A stretch of DNA of 63,968 nt, filler included, from Octopus bimaculoides (GCF_001194135.2; 5 parts of 5 records of this genome joined end to end with filler, not necessarily neighbours in it), one strand, 5' to 3'. Shown: positions 52,799 to 63,968, counted from the whole stretch's first letter. The notes: a model not told the origin generated them from the letters alone. A program made the numbers and translations.

Positions 52799-53681
52799 TA
52801 TAGATAGCCGTGGCCTCACGTGGTGAAATCATCTAATAACGACTCCGTTCAGAAGGCTAGAATAATACGTATATGTACCAGGGGGGAAAGAGAGTGACAC
52901 ACCCAAATAGAATGTTTGAGAGAGAGAGGTTTATTGATGGGTTAACATGTGTGCCTGTGTGTGCATCATGTGTACTGAATAATAGACTGGCCGTCATGAG
53001 AACAAAGTGCATGTGTGTATAGGCATGGATGTATGCGTGTGCGTTAAGTACATATAAGAATAGCAATGAGGAAGAAGTGAAAGAGTCTATAATGAGAAGT
53101 TAGACGAATGTTCATAGACACAAGAAATGAGAGTACCAGTTCGTAGTCAATTGTACACGGTAGTTGAAATACTTTATCAAGAAGTTGCGGCGATGAAGCA
53201 GAGCCGGACCGGTACATGTCGTACGAAGTTGTGGCTGTAATACTGCTGCCTGGGTCAATTGTACAGGAGTTCTCGCAGGTTGCATATTCGCTGTTAACCA
53301 AGGTGAAGTAAATTACGAACAATGCTGTGTTGAAACCTGGGCGTTGGGCGTTGTTGCTGGAACTGGCTATATCTTGTGTGCTCAGTGGTTAGAGCTTAAA
53401 AGGTCTGGAACCAAAGACCTCAAGACGAGGAGAAGGTGAGTTTCTATAAGGAACATTAGGCTCAAACAGGATTGAGAACAGGCTGTTTCACGTGATCTTA
53501 TTTAGGGGCTCCGATTGGTTATACGCTGCATATTGGCGTGATAGAGTAAGAGACAAATTGCGCCAATACCAACCATCAGAGTAGTGGATACAACGGGGTC
53601 CAAATAGCAGCCAAAAGTTACCTCTTATCTGCTATGTTCGAATGAACGTATGTATAATAAAGGGTGAGGAATTTCACTCGA
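52799..53681 (+). mobile_element. Degenerate solo LTR
   Basis: Collinear similarity to the minus strand of 54653-55963 (GACTGGCCGTCATG, GAAAGAGTCT, TACCAGTTC, GGGTCCAA, TTTCACT); AATAAA near the 3' end; termini decayed. Confidence 0.6.
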
Positions 53682-53730
53682 GTGTACGCTGCAGGTTATA
53701 TGAAGTGTGTGCGTATAAGAAAGCTTCCAG

Positions 53731-54614
53731 GGATCTTTTTGGTTTGACGGGCAACACTCGTTTTCTTAACGAAACACTTTCAAACTTGGGATACTGGTAG
53801 AATGTGTCATATAAAACATCTTTTTCTCTTAGCCTTCTTAACAAAAATTAGTTCTTAATAAGTTATTTCATGTTAAAGTTGTCGTATTTGTGTAATTTCA
53901 ACCAATCACTGACGTCTATTGAGGTGAAAACAATTTCTGCCGTAGAATGTAAACAACATATTCTAACGGTGTCAGGAGATCTTTTCCCTTGAATAAAATT
54001 AGTGCCGTTGTTTGTCAACAACAACTATCGACGGTAGTTATTTATAACATCGTTCGTGCNNNNNNNNNNGGTTCGGGTTTTAGAGTTAGGGTTAGGGTTT
54101 TAGGGTTAGAGTTGGGGTTAGGGTTAGGGTTATGGTTATGAGTTATAGGGTTTTAGGGTTAGGGTTATGAGTGAGGTTATGGCAAAAATAATCATAACCC
54201 TAACCGTAACCCTAAAACTAACTTTAACTCTAAAACCGGAACCCTAACCCTAAAACCCTAAATCTAAAACCAGTACAAACGTACGAACGATGTTATGAAT
54301 AACAGTACCGCCGATAGTTGTTGTTGACAAACAACGACACTAATTTTATTCTAGGGAAAAGATCCCATAACACCGTTAGAATATGTTGTTTACATTCTAC
54401 GACAGTAATTGTTTTCACCTCAATAGACGTCAGTGATTGGTTGAAATTACCGAAATACGACAATTTTTTTACATGAAATAACTTCGAATACACAAATTTT
54501 TATCTGATCTATAACACAAAATATACAAGTATACGAAGTTTGAAAGTGTTTCGGTACCAAAAACACTACATAAAACATAAATGAAAAATGTTACCCGTCA
54601 AACCAAAAAGATCC
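53731..54614. mobile_element. Foldback/MITE with telomere-repeat core, probably Merlin superfamily
   Basis: Perfect 21-bp TIR GGATCTTTTTGGTTTGACGGG; perfect 8-bp TSD GCTTCCAG (53723-53730, 54615-54622); ~200-bp closely matching inner inverted arms; (TTAGGG)-like then (CCCTAA)-like core. Confidence 0.85.
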
Positions 54615-54652
54615 GCTTCCAGTAATGTGCGAATGTATGTTTTGCATGAATG

Positions 54653-55963
54653 TGTAGTGAAACCACCTCTCTCACGGTTATTTATTTACAAATGCGAACG
54701 TAGCAGGTAACATCTCTCTTTCCCGCCTTGGACCCGGCTGTTGTTCATCACCTGACTGACTATTATTTGCGCGGCAATTGTCTCCAGTCCTTTCGCGCCA
54801 GGGTGCAAACCGGCCANNNNNNNNNNNNNNNNNNNNNNNNNNNNNNNNNNNNNNNNNNNNNNNNNNNNNNNNNNNNNNNNNNNNNNNNNNNNNNNNNNNN
54901 NNNNNNNNNNNNNNNNNNNNNNNNNNNNNNNNNNNNNNNNNNNNNNNNNNNNNNNNNNNNNNNNNNNNNNNNNNNNNNNNNNNNNNNNNNNNNNNNNNNN
55001 NNNNNNNNNNNNNNNNNNNNNNNNNNNNNNNNNNNNNNNNNNNNNNNNNNNNNNNNNNNNNNNNNNNNNNNNNNNNNNNNNNNNNNNNNNNNNNNNNNNN
55101 NNNNNNNNNNNNNNNNNNNNNNNNNNNNNNNNNNNNNNNNNNNNNNNNNNNNNNNNNNNNNNNNNNNNNNNNNNNNNNNNNNNNNNNNNNNNNNNNNNNN
55201 NNNNNNNNNNNNNNNNNNNNNNNNNNNNNNNNNNNNNNNNNNNNNNNNNNNNNNNNNNNNNNNNNNNNNNNNNNNNNNNNNNNNNNNNNNNNNNNNNNNN
55301 NNNNNNNNNNNNNNNNNNNNNNNNNNNNNNNNNNNNNNNNNNNNNNNNNNNNNNNNNNNNNNNNNNNNNNNNNNNNNNNNNNNNNNNNNNNNNNNNNNNN
55401 NNNNNNNNNNNNNNNNNNNNNNNNNNNNNNNNNNNNNNNNNNNNNNNNNNNNNNNNNNNNNNNNNNNNNNNNTAGCCCGGCCCGGCATAGAAGCCTCAAC
55501 TGCACGACAAGTGACTTAGCTCTGCCTCAACGCCTAAACATCTTATATACAGACTTTCAACTACTGTGTACTTTAACTGAGAACTGGTATTTCACATCCT
55601 GGTGTCTGGACTTACTTTTAACGTCCTTATTACAGACTCTTTTCGATCCTCTGTATCTCTTGCATTCACATACATATATTTGTATACACACTCTTTGTTT
55701 ACATGACGGCCAGTCTTATATTGCGTTTTATTATGTCGCATTCACTCACACACAGACATACAGTTTAATGCTCCAATAAACCCTACTGTTATTCATCTTT
55801 ATCGGTTGAGTCATCTTCTATCTTTACCTTACTGGCATTTCATAGTTTTCTATATTATAGTATTATAACATATTCATAATTTTTGTGTCGACCGTGCAAC
55901 GCGTTAATAGGAGTCTGTTTCCATTCGTCACCATTTCCCCTTTGGTTCACACGGTCGTCTACA
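54653..55963 (-). mobile_element. Solo LTR (Gypsy-type) spanning an N gap
   Basis: TGTAG...CTACA termini; perfect 4-bp TSD AATG (54649-54652, 55964-55967); minus-strand TATATAA (~55552) and AATAAA (~54688). Confidence 0.75.
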
Positions 55964-56094
55964 AATGTAAAGACAAATATCAGAAGGCAATATTCTTTCG
56001 CTAATAAACATAACAATTTATTCCTTGATGGTAAATCACACATGTGGTAGTAGAAAACACATCACGAAGTAATTAAGTGTTCAAGTCAACAGGG

Positions 56095-56457
56095 TGTAGT
56101 GTGAGAGATAAGTTAATTTCTCCATTACATCCGAGGTGGTTAGATTCGTTACTTGAGAGCTGCAAACTGTAACTGGTTCAAAATCTCTATGAGCTGCGTA
56201 GCTTAGTAGTGAAGCAAGGTAGTAATCCCATAGCAATAAAAATGATGTTTACTAATTGGCGTTAAACCGGCAACGTGTCTTGTCATCTGGACGTTCTATC
56301 GGCATCTGACTTTTTGCCTTTCAAAACTGGAGCGCTTCACCGCTAGGTAGAAGCTGTCACACGTAACCTTCCGCAGCCAGCAGTAATTGGATGTTTTGGG
56401 CGTAGCACGACTGTGCTATGTCGCCACAACAAAATAGTGCTAATTTGTCCCACTACA
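56095..56457 (-). mobile_element. Putative 3' LTR (363 bp) of the adjacent Gypsy fragment
   Basis: TGTAGTG..CACTACA terminal inverted repeat; polypurine tract AGGGGGG immediately upstream on the minus strand (56462-56468). Confidence 0.6.
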
Positions 56458-56789
56458 AATACCCCCCTGCAGACTGAAAGTCGATGCAAAATAACAAATG
56501 TAAAGCAAAATATACCTCTAATGACCAATAAAATAAAAACAACGTTGAAAATTGTAAAAGTATGTGTGTCTGAGCGTTGAAGAATTTTTACAAATAATAT
56601 ACAGGATGTTCACAAAAATATGTACATAGAAAAGATTCTGAAAAATTAAAAGGTAACAAGTGACATACAAAACTAGGCAAATGCAAAGGAAAGTTAACAA
56701 ACACGCAAATGCATGAAAAAGAAAACAGCCTAAATGTATTAAGCAGGAAAAGAAATACAATACAATAACAGGCACTATGGGCCAGTTCA

Positions 56790-57316
56790 TATATAAATAG
56801 TTTTACACAGTTTCTTGGGCCAATGGACGCGACGACCACTGCTGGTTGTCGTGTACGATTTTGTTTGTAATGTGTGCGTTGGTGTAGCATTTGTTTCCTG
56901 TTGTGCAGTGTATGAGGAGGAGTGTGAGGCTCTGGTGAGAGAGCGTCTGTATAAGCCCGTTTAAGTCTATGAACCGAGGCTGTTTCTCGAGAACCGTATG
57001 TCTATGGTGAAATGTTTATTTGAATAAGAAAGGACACGATAAGATACTGAATAAGGTGGCGTGAGAGGACTTCTCACTGCATCGTTTCTAACAAAGACAT
57101 GTGTCCATGAGGCAATATCCCTCGGGACCAAAGATGTGACGGCTTGTTGCCGAGTGTTCATAGGTGGTAATTCGGAAATAGGAATGCAGGTGGTTCACAT
57201 AAATGCCGGATCTTGAGTGGCAAGCATCTGCACTCGCAAATTTAAAGAAGCATCGTACAATAGTTCAGCTGGGGAGTATCCCAGATCCTCCTTGAATGCA
57301 GTCCGAATACCGAGTA
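56790..57316 (-). mobile_element. Gypsy integrase C-terminus (CsRn1/Kabuki-like)
   Basis: LGIRTAFKEDLGYSPAELLY, THVFVRNDAVRSPLTPPY (GPY/F module), DRLKRAY, TTSSGRRVHWP. Confidence 0.85.
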
Positions 57317-58499
57317 CACAAAAACCAGCGATCAACAGTACAATTTAGTGCCTTGACACACATATCACGGGGAATACTTGATATGACACCTTGTATTCTG
57401 TCCTTGAGTTTATCGATGTCTCTAAATTTTTTGCTATACACGCGCTCCTTTACCATGCCCCATAACCAGAAGTCACAGGGTGTCAGATCAAAGGAGTGTA
57501 CAGGCCATGCCAGTGGTCCACCGCGACCTGTCCAACGATTTGGAAATGTTTGGTCGTGAAAAGTACAAACAGTACGGGCAAAATGAGGCGGTGCACCATC
57601 CTGTTGGAAATACCCTGTCTGTATGATTTGTAGGGGTTGCGCAACTCGAGGGGCTTCCGGTGGTGAAGTCTCCTGCGCATGCGCAGAATAGTACTTCCTC
57701 AATGGCGGCTATATTTTCGCGCCACTACAAGGTATTTCATCAATGGCAAACTCCTGCAGCATTTGTAAGTAGGCATTTGAAGTCATTATTAGAGTGTCAA
57801 AGAAATAGGGTCCAATTACGCCAGTAGCGGTCACGGTACACCACACATTTACCTTTGGGGAGGCCCGTTCATACTCTCGAATGATACGTGGATTTTCAGT
57901 ACCCCAGAAAATGGTGTAATGTCGGTTGACATGACCAACTTGTATGAAAAGTGGCTGCATCACTGAATACCATTTAACTTAAAATGTCCGGTTGGATATT
58001 TGTCATTTCAACTAGAATCTGACAGCATTTCACACGAAACTGTTTTTGCTGAGTTGTCAAAGCTTGGACAATTTGTATGTAATATGGTCGCATGCCAAGG
58101 TCTTTGGATAGGATTCGGCACACTGTTTTCTGTGGAACCTCTGTTTCCAGACTGCATCGTCTCGTCGATTTAGATGCACTCTAGAGTACGGCCTGCTGCA
58201 CAACACTAATGTTCAAGGTACTTCTGCCTGATTTGGGCCGGCCCGAATTTCCTTGATAGTCGTCCGCTACTGATCCAGTCGATACAAACTTGTCATGGAT
58301 ACGATAAATTGTTAAACGACTTGGTGGGTCACGATCTGGAAATCGTTCAACAAACTTTCAACGCGCTGTTGTTGGCGAGTCACACACTTCCATCAAGCTT
58401 GCAACCACCCTTCTTTGCTCCAATGTGAGTCTGTCAGCCATGGAGAACGTCTATCTGTAACAGAACAGAAAAATGTTAACATAATTTTTACTGACTATG
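57317..58499 (-). mobile_element. DD41D (rosa/VS) ITm transposon, near-full transposase pseudogene, 3' end lost
   Basis: ATG at 58441 (MADRLTLEQR..), FSDAATF, FQQDGAPPH...FDLTPCDFWLWG with 41 residues between the 2nd and 3rd Asp (counted); left end after TA at 58500. Confidence 0.88.
57638..57729 (-). mobile_element. 92-bp TG..CA insertion in the DD41D transposase
   Basis: Minus strand TGTAGTGG...TTGCGCA with 4-bp TSD ACCT/ACCC; removing it restores DEIPLQIIQTGYF. Confidence 0.7.
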
Positions 58500-58567
58500 T
58501 ATATATATATATATATTAAAAGTGGGGAAGGCCAGTTTATGAGATTACTCTGGGTTTGCCGTCATTA

Positions 58568-58665
58568 AAAGGTTTAGCTTTATGGTGTATTATCAGACCC
58601 AAAACCTGAGGTCTTAGTCTAACAGGTTTTGGGGTCTGACGATATGCCATAAAGCTAAACCCTTT
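58568..58665. repeat. 98-nt inverted repeat (hairpin)
   Basis: ~41-bp arms and a 14-nt loop. Confidence 0.85.
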
Positions 58666-59021
58666 NNNNNNNNNNNNNNNNNNNNNNNNNNNNNNNNNNN
58701 NNNNNNNNNTTAATTAATTAANNNNNNNNNNNNNNNNNNNNNNNNNNNNNNNNNNNNNNNNNNNNAAAAAAGAAAAAAGAAAAAAGTGAACGTAAACTTC
58801 TGTCTTTAATGGTAATTAAATCAAACTCTCCGCAATGATACAGCGCCGCCAAAAAATTAAAGAAAAATGATAGTGAAAAGGAAAAGAAAATGAAGGAAAA
58901 AAAATCCACCTAACCGGAAGTTGTTAGTTGTTGAAGCTGTTTCCATTTTGTAATGACATGAAATTAGAGTTGAGTGTAAAATATTTTTTTTAAATAAACA
59001 AAAAAAAAAAAAAAAATAGTC

Positions 59022-59190
59022 GCAGGCGTAGTTGTGTGGTAAGAAGCCTGCTTCCCAACCACATGGTTCTGGATTCAGTCCCACTGGGTGACACCTTGGC
59101 TTGGGCAAGTGTCTTCTACGATAGGCCCGGGCCGAACAAAGTCTTGCGAGTGGATTTGGTAGACAGAAACTGAAAGAAACCCGTTACACA
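59022..59190 (+). mobile_element. SINE family B, 5' half
   Basis: GGCGTAGTTGTGTGGTAAGAAG, GGGCAAGTGTCTTCTAC. Confidence 0.85.
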
Positions 59191-60290
59191 CACACACACA
59201 CACACCCACAGTATTAATAAATATAAGGAGAATGCAGCGGTTCTTCAGTTTTTCTAAGCCTTGTAAAAGAACTCGGAAGTTTGGCGCTCCAGCCAGACCT
59301 TTCGCGATATCCTTAAAGTCAGAAACTTTTTAATATTCCCTCGTACTTTTCAAATCAGAAAAGTTTTATATAATCCGTTCGCTTTCAGAATGTAATGCTT
59401 ATTTATTCGCATTCTTTTGAATTAATAATGTTATCCATCAAATTTTTCTCTTAGATATATTTATTGCAAGAAACAACTAGGTTTCTTTCTCTAGCGCTTA
59501 GCATAGTTCAACATATTTCTGGCCACTGATATATGTTCTCTCAGATGAGCGCCATTGCAAACCTGCGCAAGTAAATAGGTGAAAAACAAAATATGAATTT
59601 TGAAAGAAGTATCTATAAAGCTAATAGTTAAGCACTGAATGGCTATGAGATCCACCAGAACAAAATAGTAATCAAAGGGCTTCATAGATTTTAAAAAATG
59701 GCCACAATCTCTGGTCTAGAAACTCAACATGTAAACAGCGTAATTAAAATGAGAAGTAACTTTACACCACATTCACACTAAAATATCAACGTTAAAAATC
59801 ATTTGGGGTTTTCTGCTGAGAGTATTATCAATGAAATGTCCTTTTAGGGGTAATATATCCAAGAATAAAATTCTGAAACACTTGATTACGGCTCTTAAGT
59901 CGGTGAGGAGTTCATAGAGTGATTCGGTACATGTACACACATACACACACACAGAAGCGCATACGCTCACACAAGCACACACACACACACNNNNNNNNNN
60001 NNNNNNNNNNNNNNNNNNNNNNNNNNNNNNNNNNNNNNNNNNNNNNNNNNNNNNNNNNNNNNNNNNNNNNNNNNNNNNNNNNNNNNNNNNNNNNNNNNNN
60101 NNNNNNNNNNNNNNNNNNNNNNNNNNNNNNNNNNNNNNNNNNNNNNNNNNNNNNNNNNNNNNNNNNNNNNNNNNNNNNNNNNNNNNNNNNNNNNNNNNNN
60201 NNNNNNNNNNNNNNNNNNNNNNNNNNNNTATATATATGTATGTATATGTATGCGTATGCGTGTGTGTATTTATGTTTAAATATGTATATA

Positions 60291-60329
<39 letters not shown>

Positions 60330-60398
60330 TTTTATACATTTAGTCATATATATCATATGTATTATATGCTTATATGTATACATTTATATACGTGTAAT

Positions 60399-60438
<40 letters not shown>

Positions 60439-60762
60439 ATGTATGCATACGTAAACATCTGCTTGTATACGCACAACTACACAGAAACATGCGTGTTTAT
60501 ACATACGTATGCGATGTTTTTGTTGAAGTGTTTCAGGCAAAAATCATTAAAATGATCAGAAGACAGTTGAGTCGGGGCGAGTAAGCAGTGTGTTTTATTT
60601 TTATGTCAATATATTTACCTCCGTTGGTCATTAAATGTGATATTATGGTTCTTTGCTGATACCTTAACGGATATCCGCTTTGGCACCTGCATGTCATCTG
60701 TTTTTGTAACTGTATGCATGCGTATATATATATATGCATGTACGTATTTATATATATATATG

Positions 60763-60802
<40 letters not shown>

Positions 60803-62216
60803 TGTGTGTGTGTATACATACATGATGCTGTGTATATACATGTATTTATGTACGTATGTATGTATATAGTTAATTTTGTTTATTTTTCTGCTACGTAAAC
60901 CGATAAGTACTCAATACGGTTTTATTACAAACGTGCGTAGAATACTATTTATGTCGATTGTTGTACGATAAACAGGGATTACAAATTCCGGATCGAGGTT
61001 TCGTTCGGTCTGGCCGTTGGTTGGTGGAAAATATTAGCGGTTATGTAAGTAATGGAATAGAATGATTTTAAGCTGTTTGATCAGTTTAAAGCCTTGGTTT
61101 TCGTCTGCCATGCATCAGGGTGGCCACTTTGAATGTCTCAAGGACTCGTTCTTTCTTTTCTCATTTAATATTGAGTGGGGAAGATGGATGATGTAGTCTT
61201 TCTCCGTAAGACATATGGCGCAACACTTTGGTAATTCGACAATGCGTGTACCTTATGTAACATTGGTCATGTAATGCTGGTAATTTCTTCTCTGTTTTAC
61301 AATTTACAATTATGCATTGAAAGTGCTATAACATTTTTCCAGGCGGAAAAAGGAGAATGAACTTTTGTCCCTCTACAGGTTACGTTTGCTGGAGTGTTCT
61401 GTAAGGAGTATATAGCTTGTTGAAATCTTGCTGTTAGATACAACATTCTTACCGTTAATATCGTAATTTACCATTCAAGAGAGGAGAAAAAAAATGAATA
61501 TTATTTGCTTATTACATATCGGCTCTGCTATATGCCACCAATTGACTGATTTTATTTAATCAACACCAAAATGATAAAAGGTCAAGCTGACCTCGGCAGA
61601 TTTGAAAGCAGAACATTAAGGAACGCAACGAAGCTTTGCAGTTTATTTTTTCCACTGCGCGTCCTAAAGCCGAAACCGTCTCTTGCAGTTCACAACCCAA
61701 GTACTCGGCATTATTTCTGTGGCGTTTACCGTTTTAGACAATGAGATAATGATAATAATTGTTTCTAACTTCGCCACAAGGTTACACATTTCCGGCAGGA
61801 TGAAGGCCAAACGTCAATTTGAACGGGAGTTTCAAACCGGAAGGGACGAAACTTAATACGACGAGGAAGTTTTTTTTTTTGTTTTTTTCTGATTTTTGCC
61901 CGGCGCCTCTTTTGGTTCTGTCAAGCTGTCACCCTTACCCCAACCTCTGTCGCCTGTGAGTGAAAAATCTGCATGTCGCGAGCACTTCTAATAAAACAGC
62001 TAGACTAAATGGAAGTTTTACTCTCTGTGACAGCAGGCGCCCTCTATCGGTCACCTTGCACTGTACCTTGTAAATGAGAACGGTAACTAGAAAAAGGAAG
62101 ACTTGACAAGATTTCTNNNNNNNNNNNNNNNNNNNNNNNNNNNNNNNNNNNNNNNNNNNNTTAATTAATTAANNNNNNNNNNNNNNNNNNNNNNNNNNNN
62201 NNNNNNNNNNNNNNNN

Positions 62217-62318
62217 AAAGGATGAAAGGCAAAGTCGACTTCGGCGGAATCTGAACTCAGAACGTAGAAATGGGCACAAACCTCCCGTCGCTGCACTGAT
62301 TCTGCAGAACAGGGTTGA
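62217..62318 (-). mobile_element. SINE family A fragment
   Basis: GGCAAAGTCGACTTCGGCGGAATCTGAACTCAGAAC on the + strand. Confidence 0.8.
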
Positions 62319-62699
62319 GNNNNNNNNNNNNNNNNNNNNNNNNNNNNNNNNNNNNTTTGAATACACACTCATACATACATACGTACAAATACACACATAC
62401 ATACAGATACCTGTCAGTCTCTTCCAAATACGATCGAGAGTCAAACATTTATTCCTTACAAATTGAATTTTTTTAATATCTTTCTTAAAACGCATTTACT
62501 TACTACNNNNNNNNNNNNNNNNNACAGAATGCACATCAATACACACATACATACAAATACCTGTCATTTTTTTAATCTACACATGTGCACGCATTGCTAT
62601 TTTATAACTGTCTTCCATTCTCCCTTCCTCTTTCTTCATTGCTTCCGTTCTCTATTCCTTTCTCCCCCTCTCTCTCTTTACCTCTCCCCTTTCTTACTC

Positions 62700-63170
62700 G
62701 AACCCTAACCCTATCCCTAACCCTAAACCTAACCCTAACCCTAACCCTAAACCTANNNNNNNNNNACCCTATCCCTAACCCTAAACCTAACCCTAACCCT
62801 AACCCTAAACCTAACATTAAACCTAACCTAGCGCTAACCCTATAGTTAGAACGATAAATATATGGATATCCATATATCAATAGTTCTATCTATTCATATA
62901 TCTATCGTTCTGTCTATCTATATATCTATCTTTCTATAAATCCATATATCTATCCTTCTACCTATTGTTCTCTCTATCCATATATCTATCGTTCTAACCC
63001 TAACCCTANNNNNNNNNNACCCTAACCCTAACCCTATCCCTAACCCTAACGCTAACCCTAACCCTAACAACCCTAACCCTATCGCTGACCTTAACCCTAA
63101 CCCTAACCCTAACGCTAACCCTTATCCTAACCCTAACCCTAATCCTAACTGTAACCCTAACCCTAACCTA
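62700..63170. repeat. Degenerate (CCCTAA)n arrays interleaved with a (TATC)-rich spacer; another array starts at 63954
   Basis: Visible arrays; variant units CCTAAA, CCCTAT, CGCTAA. Confidence 0.9.
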
Positions 63171-63968
63171 AAATTCATGCATTTACACAATTCAAAATTT
63201 CNNNNNNNNNNNNNNNNNNNNTAATATTCTAAATACAATTTGTTAGATCACTGCGTCATTTTTTCACTCCAAAAATTTCCTAATAACGAATAAAATATAT
63301 AAAACTACAGAAGTAAATATTTTCTCCCTAATAAAATCTAATTTCCTCTNNNNNNNNNNNNNNNNNNNNNNNNNNNNNNNNNNNNNNNNNNNNNNNNNNN
63401 NNNNNNNNNNNNNNNNNNNNNNNNNNNNNNNNNNNNNNNNNNNNNNNNNNNNNNNNNNNNNNNNNNCACTGACAGTAAAAGAAAATTATTTCAGTATCAA
63501 AACTGAAACAATCACCTTTCGATACTGTAATGATAGATACTAAATGACAGATACTTTGCCCCTCTAAAATTAACTATTTCTATTCCTCTTACACATCGTT
63601 TNNNNNNNNNNNNNNNNNNNNNNNNNNNNNNNNNNNNNNNNNNNNNNNNNNNNNNNNNNNNNNNNNNNNNNNNNNNNNNNNNNNNNNNNNNNNNNNNNNN
63701 NNNNNNNNNNNNNNNNNNNNNNNNNNNNNNNNNNNNNNNNNNNNNNNNNNNNNNNNNNNNNNNNNNNNNNNNNNNNNNNNNNNNNNNNNNNNNNNNNNNN
63801 NNNNNNNNNNNNNNNNNNNNNNNNNNNNNNNNNNNNNNNNNNNNNNNNNNNNNNNNTTTCAAATACGATCGACAAACATTTATTCCCTACAAACTGTGAG
63901 TTTTTGGAAAATATTTTTGTAAATCTTGAGATTAACACCCGCACCATTACCTACCTAACCCTAACCCT

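Noticed and set aside
54069-54270. Ancestral telomere-telomere chromosome fusion
   Set aside because: The enclosing TIRs and perfect 8-bp TSD show it arrived as a transposon.
1-63968. CRISPR arrays, rRNA, prokaryotic operons
   Set aside because: No regular repeat-spacer arrays, rRNA signatures or dense ORF architecture; the sequence is eukaryotic repeat-rich DNA.

Overview
Animal genomic DNA, AT-rich and gap-riddled. The very dense (TA/CA/GA/ATCT/ATC) microsatellites and the SINE families suggest an octopus/coleoid draft assembly (inference, no database check). No intact host protein-coding gene can be supported; nearly all long ORFs in the track are microsatellite or N-run artefacts. The window is a nested transposon landscape: about 35 tRNA-derived SINE copies from at least 3 families; LINE fragments (RTE, R4/Dong, Tx1/L1, CR1-group); ITm transposase relics (DD37D/maT, DD41D/rosa); a Helitron; hAT, mariner and probable Merlin MITEs; Gypsy integrase with LTRs; and telomere-like (TTAGGG/CCCTAA) arrays inside elements. 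Most interesting: (1) a near-canonical type I hammerhead ribozyme at 18171-18240 (-) in a ~175-bp unit (Penelope pseudo-LTR or retrozyme-like); (2) an 884-bp foldback element with a perfect 8-bp TSD and a head-to-head telomeric core, between two inverted solo LTRs; (3) two SINE/LINE shared-tail pairs, one with a Tx1 LINE; (4) a 92-bp TG..CA insertion packed with E2F/YY1/NRF1/ETS motifs; (5) a cryptic coding frame restored by excising a MITE; (6) a 141-nt candidate exon with one UAG in an ADAR-favoured context. Four 44N-TTAATTAATTAA-44N spacers are synthetic joins, so adjacency across them is unproven. All calls were made by eye; element ends are approximate unless TIR or TSD coordinates are given.
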